A stretch of 64,000 bases of DNA from the NCBI GenBank assembly GCA_964016885.1, contig OZ024744.1, positions 27,776,001 through 27,840,000 of the forward strand. Reading direction: 5' to 3'. Position 1 is the first letter of the stretch. Each line of letters begins with the position of its first letter. A program made the translations under genes and the position numbers. The notes under the pieces were generated by a model. The model was given only the letters and a program-made list of their open reading frames with translations. It ran no database searches and was not told the origin of the DNA. The DNA comes from Eledone cirrhosa (Eukaryota). This document shows, piece after piece, positions 24,501-39,500 of this stretch.

Positions 24501-27500
24501 GCTGTTATAACTGTTATTCTCACTGTTGTTGTTCTGGCTGTTATCACTGGTATTGACACTGTTGTTGTTTTTATTGTTGCTGTTAGAACTGTTATTGTCA
24601 CTGTTGTTATTGTTCTTGTCGCTGTTATAACTGTTATTGTCACTTTTGTTGTTGTTGTTCTTGCTGTTATCACTGTTATTGTCATTGTTGTTGTTGTCGC
24701 TGTTATCACTGTTATTGTCATTGTTGTTGTTGTCGCTGTTATCACTGTTATTGTCACTGTTGTTGTTGTTCTCGCTGTTATCACTGTTATAGTCACTGTT
24801 GTTGTTCTTCTCGCTGTTATCACTGTTATTGTCATTGTTGTTGTTGTCGCTGTTATCACTGTTATTTTCACTGTTGTTGTTGTCGGTGGTATAACTGTTA
24901 TTGTCACTGTTGTTTTTGGTGTTGTCGCTGTTATCACTGTTATTGTCACTGTTGTTGTTGTCGCTGTTATAACTGTGATTGTCACTGTTGTTGTTGTTGT
25001 CACTGTTATCACTGTAATTGTCACTGTTGTTGTTGTTCCCGCTGTTATCACTGTTATTGTCATTGTTGTTGTTGTCGCTGTTATCACTGTTATTGTCACT
25101 GTTGCTGTTGTTGTCGTTGTTATCTCTGTTATTGTCATTGTTGTTGTCGCTGTTATAACTGTTATTGTCATTGTTGTTGTTGTTGTTGTTGCTGTTATAA
25201 CTGTTACTGTCATTGTTGTTGTTGTCGCTGGTATCACTGTTATTTTCATTGTTGTTGTTGTCGCTGTTATCACTGTTATTGTCACTGTTGTTGTTGTTGT
25301 TGTCGCTGTTATCACTGTTATTGTCACTGTTGTTGTTGTTGTCACTGTTATAAATGTTATTGTCACTGTTGTCGTTGTTGTCGCTGTTATCACTGTTATT
25401 GTCACTGTTGTTGTTGTTGTTGTCGATGTCATAACTGTTCTTTTCACTGTTGTTGTTGTTGTTGTTCTCGCTGTTATCACTGTTATTGTCACTGTTGTTG
25501 TCGCTGTTATCACTGTTATTGTCACTGTTGTTATTGTTGTTGTTGCTGTTATCACTGTTGTAGTTGTTGTCGCTGTTATAACTGTTATTGTCACTGTTGT
25601 TGTTGTTGCTGTCGCTGTTATCACTGTTATTGTCATTGTTGTTGTTATTGTGGCTGTTATCACTGTTATTGTCACTGTTGTTGTCGCTGTTATCACTGTT
25701 ATTTTCATTGTTGTTGTTGTTGTTCTCTCTGTTATCACTGTTATTGTCACTGTTATTGTCACTGTTGTTGTTATTCTCGCTATTATAACTGTTATTGTGA
25801 AAGTTGTTGTTGTCGCTGTTATAACTGTTATTGTCATTGTTGTTGTTGTTGTCGCTGTTATCACTGTCATTAACACTGTTGTTGTTGTTCTCGCAGTTAT
25901 CACTGTTATTTTCACTGTTGTTGTTGTCGCTGTTATAACTGTTATTGTCACTGTTGTTGTTGCTGTTGTCGCTGTCATAACTCTTATTGTCACTGTTGTT
26001 GTTGTCGTTGTTATCACTGTTATTGTCATTAATGTTGTTCTCGCTGTTATCACTGGTATTGACACTGTTGTTGTTGTTGTTGTCGCTGTTATAACTGTTA
26101 TTGTCTCTGTTGATGTTGTTGTTGTCGCTGTTATAACTGTTATTGTCACTGTTGTTGTTGTCGCTATTATAACTCTTATTGTCACTGTTGTTGTTGTTGT
26201 CGTCGTTGTTATCACTGTTATTGTCATTATTGTTGTTGTCGCTGTTATTACTGTTATTGTCATTGTTGTTGTTGTTGTCGCTGTTATCACTGTTATTGTC
26301 GCTGTTGTTGTTGTCGCTGTTATAACTGTTATTGTCACTATTGGTTTTGTTGTCGCTCTTATCACTCTTATTGTCATTGTTGTTGTTGTTCTCGCTGCTA
26401 TCCCTGTTGTTGTCATTGTTGTTGTTGTTGTACTCGCTGTTATCACTGTTATTGTCATTGTTGTTGTTGTTGTCGCTGTTATCACTGTTATTGTTACTGT
26501 TTTTGTTGTTGTCGCTATTATCACTGTTATTGTCACTGTTGTTTTTTTTGTTGTCGCTGTTATCACTGTTATTTTCATTGTTTTTGTTGTTGTTCTCGCA
26601 TTTATCACTGTTATTGTCAGTGTTGTTGTTGTTGTTCTCGCTGTTATCACTGTTGTCGTCACTGTTGTTGTTGTTCTCGCTGTTATCACTGTTATTGTCA
26701 CTGTTGTTGTTCTTCTCGCTGTTATCACTGTTATTGTCATTGTTGATGTTGTTGTGTTCGCTGTTATAACTGTTATTGTCATTGTTGTTGTTGTTGTTGT
26801 CGCTGTTGTCACTGTTATTGTCACTGTTGTTGTTGGCGCTGGTATAACTGTTATTGTCACTGTTGTTTTTGTTGTTGTCGCTGTTATCACTGTTATTGTC
26901 ACTGTTGTTGTTGTCGCTGTTATAACTGTTATTGTCACTATTGTTGTTGTTGTCACTGTTATCACTGTTATTGTCACTGTTGTTGTTGTTCTCGCTGTTG
27001 TCACTGTTATTGTCATTGTTGTTGTTGTCGCTGTTATCTCTGTTATTGTCATTGTTGTTGTCGCTGTTATAACTGTTATTGTCATTGTTGTTGTTGTTGT
27101 TGCTGTTATAACTGTTACTGTCATTGTTGTTGTTGTTCTCGCTGTAATCACTGTTATTTTCATTGTTGTTGTTGTCGCTGTTATCACTGTTATTGTCACT
27201 GTTGCTGTTGTTGTCGCTGTTATCTCTGTTATTGTCATTGTTGTTGTCGCTGTTATAACTGTTATTGTCATTGTTGTTGATGCTGTTATAACTGTTACTG
27301 TCATTGTTGTTGTTGTTGTCGCTGTTATCACTGTTATTTTCATTGTTGTTGTTGTCGCTGTTATCACTGTTATTGTCACTGTTGTTGTTGTTGTCGCTGT
27401 TATCACTGTTATTGTCACTGTTGTTGTTGTTGTCACTGTTATAAATGTTATAGTCACTGTTGTCGTTGTTGTCGCTGTTATCACTGTTATTGTCACTGTT

Positions 27501-30500
27501 GTTGTTGTTGTTGTTGTCGCTGTCATAACTGTTCTTTTCACTGTTGTTGTTGTTGTCGCTGTTATAACTGTTATTGTCACTGTTGTTGTCGCTGTTATAA
27601 CTCTTATTGTCACTGTTGTTGTTGTTGTCGCTGTTATCACTGTTATTGTCACAGTTGTTGTTGTCGCTGTTATCATTGTTATTGTCATTGTCGTTGTTGT
27701 CGCTTTTATAACTGTTATTGTCATTATTGTTGTTGTTGTCGCTGTTATAACTGTTATTGTCACTGTTGTTGTTGTTGCTGTCGGTGTTATAACTGTTATT
27801 GTCACTGTTGTTATTGTTGTAGTCGCTGTTATAACTGTTATTGTCACAGTTGTTGTTGTTGTTCTCGCTGTTATCACTGTTATTGTCATTGTTGTTGTTG
27901 TCGCTGTTATCACTGTTATTGTCACTGTTGTTGTTGTTCTCGCTGTTATCACTGTTAGTGTCACTGTTGTTGTTCTTCTCGCTGTTATCACTGTTTTTGT
28001 CATTGTTGTTGTTGAGTTCGCTGTTATAACTGTTATTGTCATTGTTGTTGTTGTTGTTGTCGCTGTTATCACTGTTATTGTCACTGTTGTTGTTGTCGCT
28101 GGTATAATTGTTATTGTCACTGTTGTTTTTGTTGTTGTCGCTGTTATCACTGTTATTGTCACTGTTGTTGTTGTCGCTGTTATAACTGTTATTGTCACTG
28201 TTGTTGTTGTTGTCACTGTTATCACTGTTATTGTCACTGTTGTTGTTGTTCTCGCTGTTATCACTGTTATTGTCATTGTTGTTGTTGTCGCTGTTATCAC
28301 TGTTATTGTCACTGTTTCTGTTGTTGTCTCTGTTATCTCTGTTATTGTCATTGTTGTTGTCGCTGTTATAAATGTTATTGTCATTGTTGTTGTTGTTGTT
28401 GTTGCTGTTATAACTGTTACTGTCATTGTTATTGTTGTTGTTGTCGCTGTAATCACTGTTATTTTCATTGTTGTTATTGTCGCTGTTATCACTGTTATTG
28501 TCACTGTTGTTGTTGTTGTTGTTGTCGATTTTATCACTGTTATTGTCACTGTTGTTGTTGTTGTCACTGTTATAAATGTTATTGTCACTGTTGTCGTTGT
28601 TGTCGCTGTTATCACTGTTATTGTCACAGTTGTTGTTGTCGCTGTTGTCATTGTTATTGTCATTGTCGTTGTTGTCGCTTTTATAACTGTTATTGTCATT
28701 GTAGTTGTTGTTGCTGTCGGTGTTATAACTGTTATTAGTTACTGTTGTTGTTGTTGTTCTCGCTGTTACCACTGTTATTGTCAATGTTGTTGTTGTTGTT
28801 GTCGCTGTTATAACTCTTATTGTCACTGTTGTTGTTGTTGTTGTCGTTGTTATCACTGTTAGTGTCATTTTTGTTATGGTCGCTGTTATCACTGTTATTG
28901 TCATTGTTGTTGTTGTTGTTGTCGCTGTTATCACTGTTATTGTCACTGTTGTTGTTGTTGTCGCTTCTATAACTGTTATTGTCACTATTGCTGTTGTTGT
29001 TGTCGCTGTTATCACTCTTATTGTCATTGTTGTTGTCGCTGTTATCACTGTTATTGTCACTGTTGTTTGTCTCGCTGTTATAACTGTTATTCTCACTGTT
29101 GTTGTTCTGGCTGTTATCACTGGTATTGACACTGTTGTTGTTTTTATTGTCGCTGTTAGAACTGTTATTGTCACTGTTGTTATTGTTGTTGTCGCTGTTA
29201 TAACTGTTATTGTCACTTTTGTTGTTGTTGTTCTTGCTGTTATCACTGTTATTGTCATTGTTGTTGTTGTCGCTGTTATCACTGTTATTGTCATTGTTGT
29301 TGTTGTCGCTGTTATCACTGTTATTGTCACTGTTGTTGTTGTTCTCGCTGTTATCACTGTTATAGTCACTGTTGTTGTTCTTCTCGCTGTTATCACTGTT
29401 ATTGTCATTGTTGTTGTTGTTGTGTTCGCTGTTATAACTGTTATTGTCATTGTTGTTGTTGTTGTTGTTGTCGCTGTTATCACTGTTATTTTCACTGTTG
29501 TTGTTGTCGGTGGTATAACTGTTATTGTCACTGTTGTTTTTGGTGTTGTCGCTGTTATCACTGTTATTGTCACTGTTGTTGTTGTCGCTGTTATAACTGT
29601 TATTGTCACTGTTGTTGTTGTTGTCACTGTTATCACTGTAATTGTCACTGTTGTTGTTGTTCCCGCTGTTATCACTGTTATTGTCATTGTTGTTGTTGTC
29701 GCTGTTATCACTGTTATTGTCACTGTTGCTGTTGTTGTCGTTGTTATCTCTGTTATTGTCATTGTTGTTGTCGCTGTTATCACTGTTATTGTCACTGTTG
29801 TTGTTGTTGTTGTCGCTGTTATAACTGTTACTGTCATTGTTGTTGTTGTTGTCGCTGGTATCACTGTTATTTTCATTGTTGTTGTTGTCGCTGTTATCAC
29901 TGTTATTGTCACTGTTGTTGTTGTTGTTGTCGATGTCATAACTGTTCTTTTCACTGTTGTTGTTGTTCTCGCTGTTATCACTGTTATTGTCACTGTTGTT
30001 GTCGCTGTTATCACTGTTATTGTCACTGTTATTGTTGTTGTTGCTGTTATCACTGTTATTGTCACTGTTGTAGTTGTTGTCGCTGTTATAACTGTTATTG
30101 TCACTGTTGTTGTTGTTGCTGTCGCTGTTATCACTGTTATTGTCATTGTTGTTGTTATTGTGGCTGTTATCACTGTTATTGTCACTGTTGTTGTCGCTGT
30201 TATCACTGTTATTTTCATTGTTGTTGTTGTTGTTCTCTCTGTTATCACTGTTATTGTCACTGTTATTGTCACTGTTGTTGTTGTTCTCGCTATTATAATG
30301 TTATTGTGAAAGTTGTTGTTGTCGCTGTTATAACTGTTATTGTCATTGTTGTTGTTGTTGTCGCTGTTATCACTGTTATTAACACTGTTGTTGTTGTTGT
30401 TCTCGCTGTTATCACTGTTATTGTTACTGTTGTTATTGTCGCTGTTATAACTGTTATTGTCACTGTTGTTGTTGCTGTTGTCGCTGTCATAACTCTTATT

Positions 30501-32133
30501 GTCACTGTTGTTGTTGTCGTTGTTATCACTGTTATTGTCATTAATGTTGTTCTCGGTGTTATCACTGGTATTGACACTGTTGTTGTTGTTGTTGTCGCTG
30601 TTATAACTGTTATTGTCTCTGTTGATGTTGTTGTTGTCGCTGTTATAACTGTTATTGTCACTGTTGTTGTTGTCGCTATTATAACTCTTATTGTCACTGT
30701 TGTTGTTGTTGTCGTCGTTGTTATCACTGTTATTGTCATTATTGTTGTTGTCGCTGTTATTACTGTTATTGTCATTGTTGTTGTTGTTGTCGCTGTAATC
30801 ACTGTTATTGTCGCTGTTGTTGTTGTCGCTGTTATAACTGTTATTGTCACTATTGCTTTTGTAGTCGCTCTTATCACTCTTATTGTCATTGTTGTTGTTG
30901 TTCTCGCTGCTATCCCTGTTATTGTCATTGTTGTTGTTGTTGTACTCGCTGTTATCACTGTTATTGTCATTGTTGTTGTTGTTGTCGCTGTTATCACTGT
31001 TATTGTCACTGTTTTTGTTGTTGTCGCTATTATCACTGTTATTGTCACTGTTGTTTTTTTTGTTGTCGCTGTTATCACTGTTATTTTCATTGTTTTTGTT
31101 GTTGTTCTCGCATTTATCACTGTTATTGTCAGTGTTGTTGTTGTTGTTCTCGCTGTTATCACTGTTGTCGTCACTGTTGTTGTTGTTCTCGCTGTTATCA
31201 CTGTTATTGTCACTGTTGTTGTTCTTCTCGCTGTTATCACTGTTATTGTCATTGTTGTTGTTGTTGTGTTCGCTGTTATAACTGTTATTGTCATTGTTGT
31301 TGTTGTTGTTGTCGCTGTTGTCACTGTTATTGTCACTGTTGTTGTTGGCGCTGGTATAACTGTTATTGTCACTGTTGTTTTTGTTGTTGTCGCTGTTATC
31401 ACTGTTATTGTCACTGTTGTTGTTGTCGCTGTTATAACTGTTATTGTCACTGTTGTTGTTGTTGTCACTGTTATCACTGTTATTGTCACTGTTGTTGTTG
31501 TTCTCGCTGTTGTCACTGTTATTGTCATTGTTGTTGTTGTCGCTGTTATCTCTGTTATTGTCATTGTTGTTGTCGCTGTTATAACTGTTATTGTCATTGT
31601 TGTTGTTGTTGTTGCTGTTATAACTGTTACTGTCATTGTTGTTGTTATCGCTGTAATCACTGTTATTTTCATTGTTGTTGTTGTCGCTGTTATCACTGTT
31701 ATTGTCATTGTTGTTGTTGTTGTTGTCGATTTTATCACTGTTATTGTCACTGTTGTTGTTGTCACTGTTATAAATGTTATTGTCACTGTTGTCGTTGTTG
31801 TCGCTGTTATCACTGTTATTGTCACTGTTGTTGTTGTTGTTGTCGCTGTCATAACTGTTCTTTTCACTGTTGTTGTTGTTGTTGTTGTTGTCGCTGTTAT
31901 AAATGTTATTGTCACTGTTGTTGTCGCTGTTATAACTCTTATTGTCACTGTTGTTGTTGTCGCTGTTATCACTGTTATTGTCACAGTTGTTGTTGTCGCT
32001 GTTGTCATTGTTATTGTCATTGTCGTTGTTGTCGCTTTTATAACTGTTATTGTCATTGTAGTTGTTGTTGTCGCTGTTATAACTGTTATTATCACTGTTG
32101 TTGTTGTTGTTGCTGTCGGTGTTATAACTGTTA
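21578..32133. repeat. Three related HOR units starting at 21578, 24087 and 28735
   Basis: All three share ATGGTCGCT (21779, 24300, 28876), GTCGGTGGTATA and GTCGATGTCATA. The last two also share GTGAAAGTT (25797/30306) and GTTGGCGCT (~26832/31344), offset ~4510. Confidence 0.8.
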
Positions 32134-34679
32134 TTAGTTACTGTTGTTGTTGTTGTTCTCGCTGTTACCACAGTTATTGTCAATGTTGTTGTTGTTGTCG
32201 CTGTTATAACTGTTATTGTCACTGTTGTTGTTGTTGTTGTCGCTGTTATAACTCTTATTGTCACTGTTGTTGTTGTTGTCGTTATCACTGTTATTGTCAT
32301 TATTGTTATTGTCGCTGTTATCACTGTTATTGTCATTGTTGTTGTTGTTGTTGTTGTTGTCGCTGTTATCACTGTTATTGTCACTGTTGTTGTTGTTGCT
32401 TCTATAACTGTTATTGTCACTATTGCTGTTGTTGTTGTCGCTGTTATCACTCGTATTGTCATTGTTGTTGTCGCTGTTATCACTGTTATTGTCACTGTTG
32501 TTGTTCTCGCTGTTATAACTGTTATTCTCACTGTTGTTGTTCTGGCTGTTATCACTGGTATTGACAGTGTTGTTGTTTTTATTGTCGCTGTTAGAACTGT
32601 TATTGTCACTGTTGTTATTGTTGTTGTCGCTGTTATAACTGTTATTGTCACTTTTGTTGTTGTTGTTCTTGCTGTTATCACTGTTATTGTCATTGTTGTT
32701 GTTGTCGCTGTTATCACTGTTATTGTCATTGTTGTTGTTGTCGCTGTTATCACTGTTATTGTCACTGTTGTTGTTCTTCTCGCTGTTATCACTGTTATTG
32801 TCACTGTTGTTGTTCTTCTCGCTGTTATCACTGTTATTGTCATTGTTGTTGTTGTTGTGTTCGCTGTTATAACTGTTATTGTCATTGTTGTTGTTGTTGT
32901 TGTTGTTGTCGCTGTTATCACTGTTATTGTCACTGTTGTTGTTGTCGCTGGTATAACTGTTATTGTCACTGTTGTTTTTGTTGTTGTCGCTGTTATCACT
33001 GTTATTGTCCCTGTTGTTGTTGTTGTTGTCGATTTTTATCACTGTTATTGTCACTGTTGTTGTTGTTGTCACTGTTATAAATGTTATTGTCACTGTTGTC
33101 GTTGTTGTCGCTGTTATCACTGTTATTGTCACTGTTGTTGTTGTTGTCGCTGTCATAACTGTTCTTTTCATTGTTGTTGTTGTTGTTGTTCTCGCTGTTA
33201 TCACTGTTATTGTCACTGTTGTTGTCGCTGTTATCACAGTTATTGTCACTGTTGTTATTGTTGTTGTTCCTGTTATCACTGTTATTGTCACTGTTGTAGT
33301 TGTTCTGGCTGTTATAACTGTTATTGTCACTGTTGTTGTTGTTGTTGCTGTTGCTGTTATCACTGTTATTGTCATTGTTGTTGTTGTGGCTGTTATCACT
33401 GTTATTGTCACTGTTGTTGTCGCTGTTATCACTGTTATTTTCATTGTTGTTGTTGTTGTTCTCTCTGTTATCACTGTTATTGTCACTGTTGTTGTTGTTC
33501 TCGCTGTTATAACTGTTATTGTCATTGTTGTTGTTGTCGCTGTTATCACTGTTATTAACACTGTTGTTGTTGTTGTTGTTGTTGTTGTTCTCGCTGTTAT
33601 CACTGTTATTGTCACTGTTGTTGTTGTCGCTGTTATAACTGTTATTGTCACTGTTGTTTTTGCTGTTGTCGCTGTCATAACTCTTATTGTCACTGTTGTT
33701 GTTGTCGTTGTTATCACTGTTATTGTCATTATTGTTGTTCTCGCTGTTATCATTGGTATTGACACTGTTGTTGTTGTTGTCACTGTTATAACTGTTATTG
33801 TCTCTGTTGATGTTGTTGTCGCTGTTATAATTGTTATTGTCACTGTTGTTGTTGTTGTCGCTATTATAACTCTTATTGTCACTGTTGTTGTTGTTGTCGT
33901 CGTTGTTATCACTGTTATTGTCATTATTGTTGTTGTCGCTGTTATTCCTGTTATTGTCATTGTTGTTGTTGTTGTCGCTGTTATCACTGTTATTATCGCT
34001 GTTATAACTGTTATTGTCACTATTGCTTTTGTTGTCGCTCTTATCACACTTATTGTCATTGTTGTTATTGTTCTCGCTGCTATCCCTTTTATTGTCATTG
34101 TTGTTGTTGTTGTATTCGCTGTTATCACTGTTATTGTCATTGTTGTTGTTGTTGTCGCTGTTATCACTGTTATTGTCACTGTTTTTGTTGTTGTCGCTAT
34201 TATCACTGTTATTGTCACTGTTGTTTTTGTTGTTGTCGCTGTTATCACTGTTATTTTCATTATTGTTATTGTCGCTGTTATCTCTGTTATTGTCAGTGTT
34301 GTTGTTGTTGTTCTCGCTGTTATCAGTGTTGTCGTCACTGTTGTTGTTGTTGTCGCTGTTATAACTGTTATTGTCACTGTTGTTGTTGTTGCTCTCGCTG
34401 TTACCACTGTTATTGTCAATGTTGTTGTTGTTGTCGCTGTTATAACTGTTATTGTCACTGTTGTTGTTGTTGTTGTCGCTGTTATAACTCTTATTGTCAC
34501 TGTTGTTGTTATTGTTGTCGTTGTTATCACTGTTATTGTCATTATTGTTATTGTCGCTGATATCACTGTTATTGTCATTGTTGTTGTTGTTGTCGCTGTT
34601 ATCGCTTTTATTGTCACTGTTTTTGTTGTTGTCGCTTCTATAACTGTTATTTTCACTATTGCTGTTGTTGTCGCTGTTA

Positions 34680-36520
34680 TCACTGTTATTGTCACTGTTG
34701 TTGTTCTCGCTGTTATAACTGTTATTCTCACAGTTGTTGTTGTTCTCGCTGTTATCACTGGTATTGACACTGTTGTTGTTTTTATTGTCACTGTTATAAC
34801 TGTTATTGTCACTGTTGTTATTGTTGTTGTCGCTGTTATAACTGTTATTGTCACTGTTGTTGTTGTTGTTCTCGCTGTTATCACTGTTATTGTCATTGTT
34901 GTTGTTGTCGCTGTTATCACTGTTATTGTCATTGTGGTTGTTGTCGTTGTTATCACTGTTATTGTCACTGTTGTTGTTGTTCTCGCTGTTATCACTGTTA
35001 TTGTCACTGTTGCTGTTCTTCTCGCTGTTATAACTGTTATTGTCATTGTTGTTGTTCTTGTTGTTGTCGCTGTTATCACTGTTATTGTCACTGTTTGTTG
35101 GTGTCGCTGGTATAACTGTTATTGTCACTGTTGTTTTTGTTGTTGTCGCTGTTATCACTGTTATTGTCACTGTTGTTGTTGTCGCTGTTATAACTGTTAT
35201 TGTCATTGTTGTTGTTGTCACTGTTATCACTGTTGTTGTCACTGTTCTTGTTCTCGCTGTTATCACTGTTATTGTCATTGTTGTTGTTGTCGCTGTTATC
35301 ATTGTTATTGTCACTGTTGCTGTTGTTGTCGCTGTTATCTCTGTTATTGTCATTGTTGTTGTCGCTGTTATAACTGTTATTGTCACTGTTGTTGTTGTTG
35401 CTGTCGCTGTTATCACTGTTATTGTCATTGTTGCTGTTGTACTCGCTGTTATAACTGTTATTGTCACTGTTGTTGTCGCTGTTATAACTCTTATTGTCAC
35501 TGTTGTTGTTGTCGCTGTTATCACTGTTATTGTCACAGTTGTTGTTGTCGCTGTTGTCATTGTTATTGTCATTGTCGTTGTTGTCGCTTTTATAACTGTT
35601 ATTGTCATTGTAGTTGTTGTTGTCGCTGTTATAACTGTTATTATCACTGTTGTTGTTGTTGTTGCTGTCGGTGTTATAACTGTTATTAGTTACTGTTGTT
35701 GTTGTTGTTCTCGCTGTTACCACTGTTATTGTCAATGTTGTTGTTGTTGTCGCTGTTATAACTGTTATTGTCACTGTTGTTGTTCTCGCTGTTATAACTG
35801 CTATTCTCACAGTTGTTGTTGTTCTCGCTGTTATCACTGGTATTGACACTATTGTTGTTTTTATTGTCACTGTTATAACTGTTATTGTCACTGTTGTTAT
35901 TGTTGTTGTCGCTGTTATAACTGTTATTGTCACTGTTGTTGTTGTTGTTCTCGCTGTTATCACTGTTATTGTCATTGTTGTTGTTGTCGCTGTTATCACT
36001 GTTATTGTCATTGTGGTTGTTGTCGCTGTTATCACTGTTATTGTCACTGTTGTTGTTGTTCTCGCTGTTATCACTGTTATTGTCACTGTTGCTGTTCTTC
36101 TCGCTGTTATAACTGTTATTGTCATTGTTGTTGTTCTTGTTGTTGTCGCTGTTATCACTGTTATTGTCACTGTTTGTTGGTGTCGCTGGTATAACTGTTA
36201 TTGTCACTGTTGTTTTTGTTGTTGTCGCTGTTATCACTGTTATTGTCACTGTTGTTGTTGTCGCTGTTATAACTGTTATTGTCATTGTTGTTGTTGTCAC
36301 TGTTATCACTGTTGTTGTCACTGTTGTTGTTCTCGCTGTTATCACTGTTATTGTCATTGTTGTTGTTGTCGCTGTTATCATTGTTATTGTCACTGTTGCT
36401 GTTGTTGTCGTTGTTATCTCTGTTATTGTCATTGTTGTTGTCGCTGTTATAACTGTTATTGTCACTGTTGTTGTTGTTGCTGTCGCTGTTATCACTGTTA
36501 TTGTCATTGTTGCTGTTGTA
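34680..36520. repeat. Duplication with 1079-bp offset
   Basis: ACTGTTTGTTGGTGTC at ~35090 and ~36169. ATTGTGGTT and CTCACAGTT occur in both copies. Identical artefact ORFs lie at 34848 and 35927. Confidence 0.8.
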
Positions 36521-39500
36521 CTCGCTGTTATCACTGTTATTGTTGTTGTTGTTGTGGCTGTTATCACTGTTATTGTCACTGTTGTTGTCGCTGTTATCAC
36601 TGTTATTTTCATTGTTGTTGTTGTTCTCTCTGTTATCACTGTTGTTGTCACTGTTATTGTCACTGTTGTTGTTGTTCTCGCTGTAATAACTGTTATTGTG
36701 ACTGTTGTTGTTGTCGCTGTTATAACTGTTATTGTCATTGTTGTTGTTGTTGTCGCTGTTATCACTGTTATTAACACTGTTGTTGTTGTTGTTCTCGCTG
36801 TTATCACTGTTAGTGTCACTGTTGTTGTCGCTGTTATAACTGTTATTGTCACTGTTGTTGTTGCTGTTGTCGCTGTCATAACTCTTATTGTCACTGTTGT
36901 TGTTGTTGTTGTTGTCGTTGTTATCACTGTTATTGTCATTATTGTTGTTCTCGCTGTTATCACTGGTATTGAAACTGTTGTTGTTGTTGTTGTTGTCGCT
37001 ATTATAACTGTTATTATCTCTGTTGATGTTGTTGTTGTCGCTGTTATAACTGTTATTGTCACTATTGCTTTTGTTGTTGTCGCTCTTATCACTCTTATTG
37101 TCATTGTTGTTGTTGTTCTCGCTGCTATCCCTGTTATTGTCATTGTTGTTGTTGTTGTACTCGCTGTTATCACTGTTATTGTCATTGTTGTTGTTGTCGC
37201 TGTTATCACTGTTATTGTAACTGTTTTTGTTGTAGTCGCTATTATCACTGTTATTGTCAATGTTGTTTTTTTTGTTGTCGCTGTTATCACTGTTATTTTC
37301 ATTGTTTTTCTTGTTGTTCTCGCATTTATCACTGTTATTGTCAGTGTTGTTGTTGTTCTCGCTGTTATCACTGTCGTCGTCACTGTTGTCGTTGTTGTCG
37401 CTGTTATAACTGTTATTGTGACTGTTGTTGTTGTTGTTCTCGCTGTTATCACTGTTATTGTCACTGTTGTTGTTGTTGTTCTCGCTGTTACCACTGTTCT
37501 TGTCAATGTTGTTGTTGTTGTCGCTGTTATAACTGTTATTGTCACTGTTGTTGTTGTTGTTGTTGTCGTCGTTGTTATCACTGTTATTGTCATTATTGTT
37601 ATTGTCGCTGTTATCACTGTTATTGTCATTGTTGTTGTTGTTATTGTTGTCGCTGTTATCACTGTTATTGTCACTGTTGTCGTTGTTGTCGCTTCTATAA
37701 CTGTTATTGTCACTATTGCTGTTGTTGTTGTCGCTGTTATCACTCTTATTGTCATTGTTGTTGTTGTCGCTGTTATCACTGTTATTGTCACTGTTGTTGT
37801 TCTCGCTGTTATAACTGTTATTCTCACTGTTGTTGTTCTGGCTGTTATCACTGGTATTGACACTGTTGTTGTTTTTATCGTCGCTGTTAGAACTGTTATT
37901 GTCACTGTTGTTATTGTTGTTGTCGCTGTTATAACTGTTATTGTCACTGTTGTTGTTGTTGTTCTCGATGTTATCACTGTTATTGTCATTGTTGTTGTTG
38001 TTGTCGCTGTTATCACTGTTATTGTCACTGTTGTTGTCGCTGGTATAACTGTTATTGTCACTGTTTTTTTTGGTGTTGTCGCTGTTTTCACTGTTATTGT
38101 CACTGTTGTTGTTGTCGCTGTTATAACTGTTATTGTCACTGTTGTTGTTGTCACTTTTATCACTGTTATTGTCACTGTTGTTGTTGTTCTCGCTGTTATC
38201 ACTGTTATTGTCATTGTTGTTGTTGTCGCTGTTATCACTGTTATTGTCACTGTTGCTGTTGTTGTCGCTGTTATCTCTGTTATTGTCATTGTTGTTGTCG
38301 CTGTTATAACTGTTATTGTCATTGTTGTTGTTGTTGTTGCTGCTATAACTGTTACTGTCACTGTTGTTGTTGTCGCTGTTATCACTGTTATTTTCATTGT
38401 TGTTGTTGTTGTTCTCTCTGTTATCACTGTTATTGTCACTGTTATTGTCACTGTTGTTGTTGTTCTCGCTGTTATAACTGTTATTGTGTCTGTTGTTGTT
38501 GTCGCTGTTATAACTGTTATTGTCATTGTTGTTGTTGTTGTCGCTGTTATCACTGTTATTAACATTGTTGTTGTTGTTGTTCTCGCTGTTATCACTGTTA
38601 TTGTCACTGTTGTTGTTGTTGTCGCTGTTATAACTGTTATTGTAACTGTTGTTGTCGCTGTTATCACTGTTATTGTCTCTGTTGTTGTTGTCGCTGTTAT
38701 CACTGTTATTGTCACTGTTGCTGTTGTTGTCGCTGTTATCACTGCTATTGTCATTGTTGTTGTTGTTGTCGCTGTTATCACTGTGATTGTCATTGTTGTT
38801 GTTGTTGTTGTTCTCGCTGTTATCACCGTTATTGTCACCGTTGTTTTCGCTGTTATCACTGTTAATGTCACTGTTGTTATTGTTGTTGTTGCTGTTATCA
38901 CTGTTATTGTCACTGTTGTTGTTGTTGTTGCTGTCGCTGTTATCACTGTTATTGTCATTGTTGCTGTTGTACTCGCTGTTATCACTGTTATTGTTGTTGT
39001 TGTTGTAGCTGTTATCACTGTTATTGTCACTGTTGTTGTCGCTGTTATCACTGTTATTTTCCTTGTTGTTGTTGTTGTTCTCTCTGTTATCACTGTTATT
39101 GTCACTGTTGTTGTTGTTCTCGCTGTTATAACTGTTATTGTCATTGTTGTTGTTGTCGCTGTTATCACTGTTATTAACACTATTGTTGTTGTTGTTCTCG
39201 CTGTTATCACTGTTATTGTCACTGTTGTTGTTGTCGCTGTTATGACTGTTATTGTCACTGTTGTTGTTGCTGTTGTCGCTGTCATAACTCTTATTGTCAC
39301 TGTTGTTGTTGTTGTCGTTGTTATCACTGTTATTGTCATTATTGTTGTTCTCGCTGTTATCACTGGTATTGACACTGTTGTTGTTGTTGTTGTCGCTGTT
39401 ATAACTGTTATTGTCTCTGTTGATGTTGTTGTTGTCGCTGTTATAACTGTTATTGTCACTGTTGTTGTTGTTGTCGTCGTTGTTATCACTGTTATTGTCA

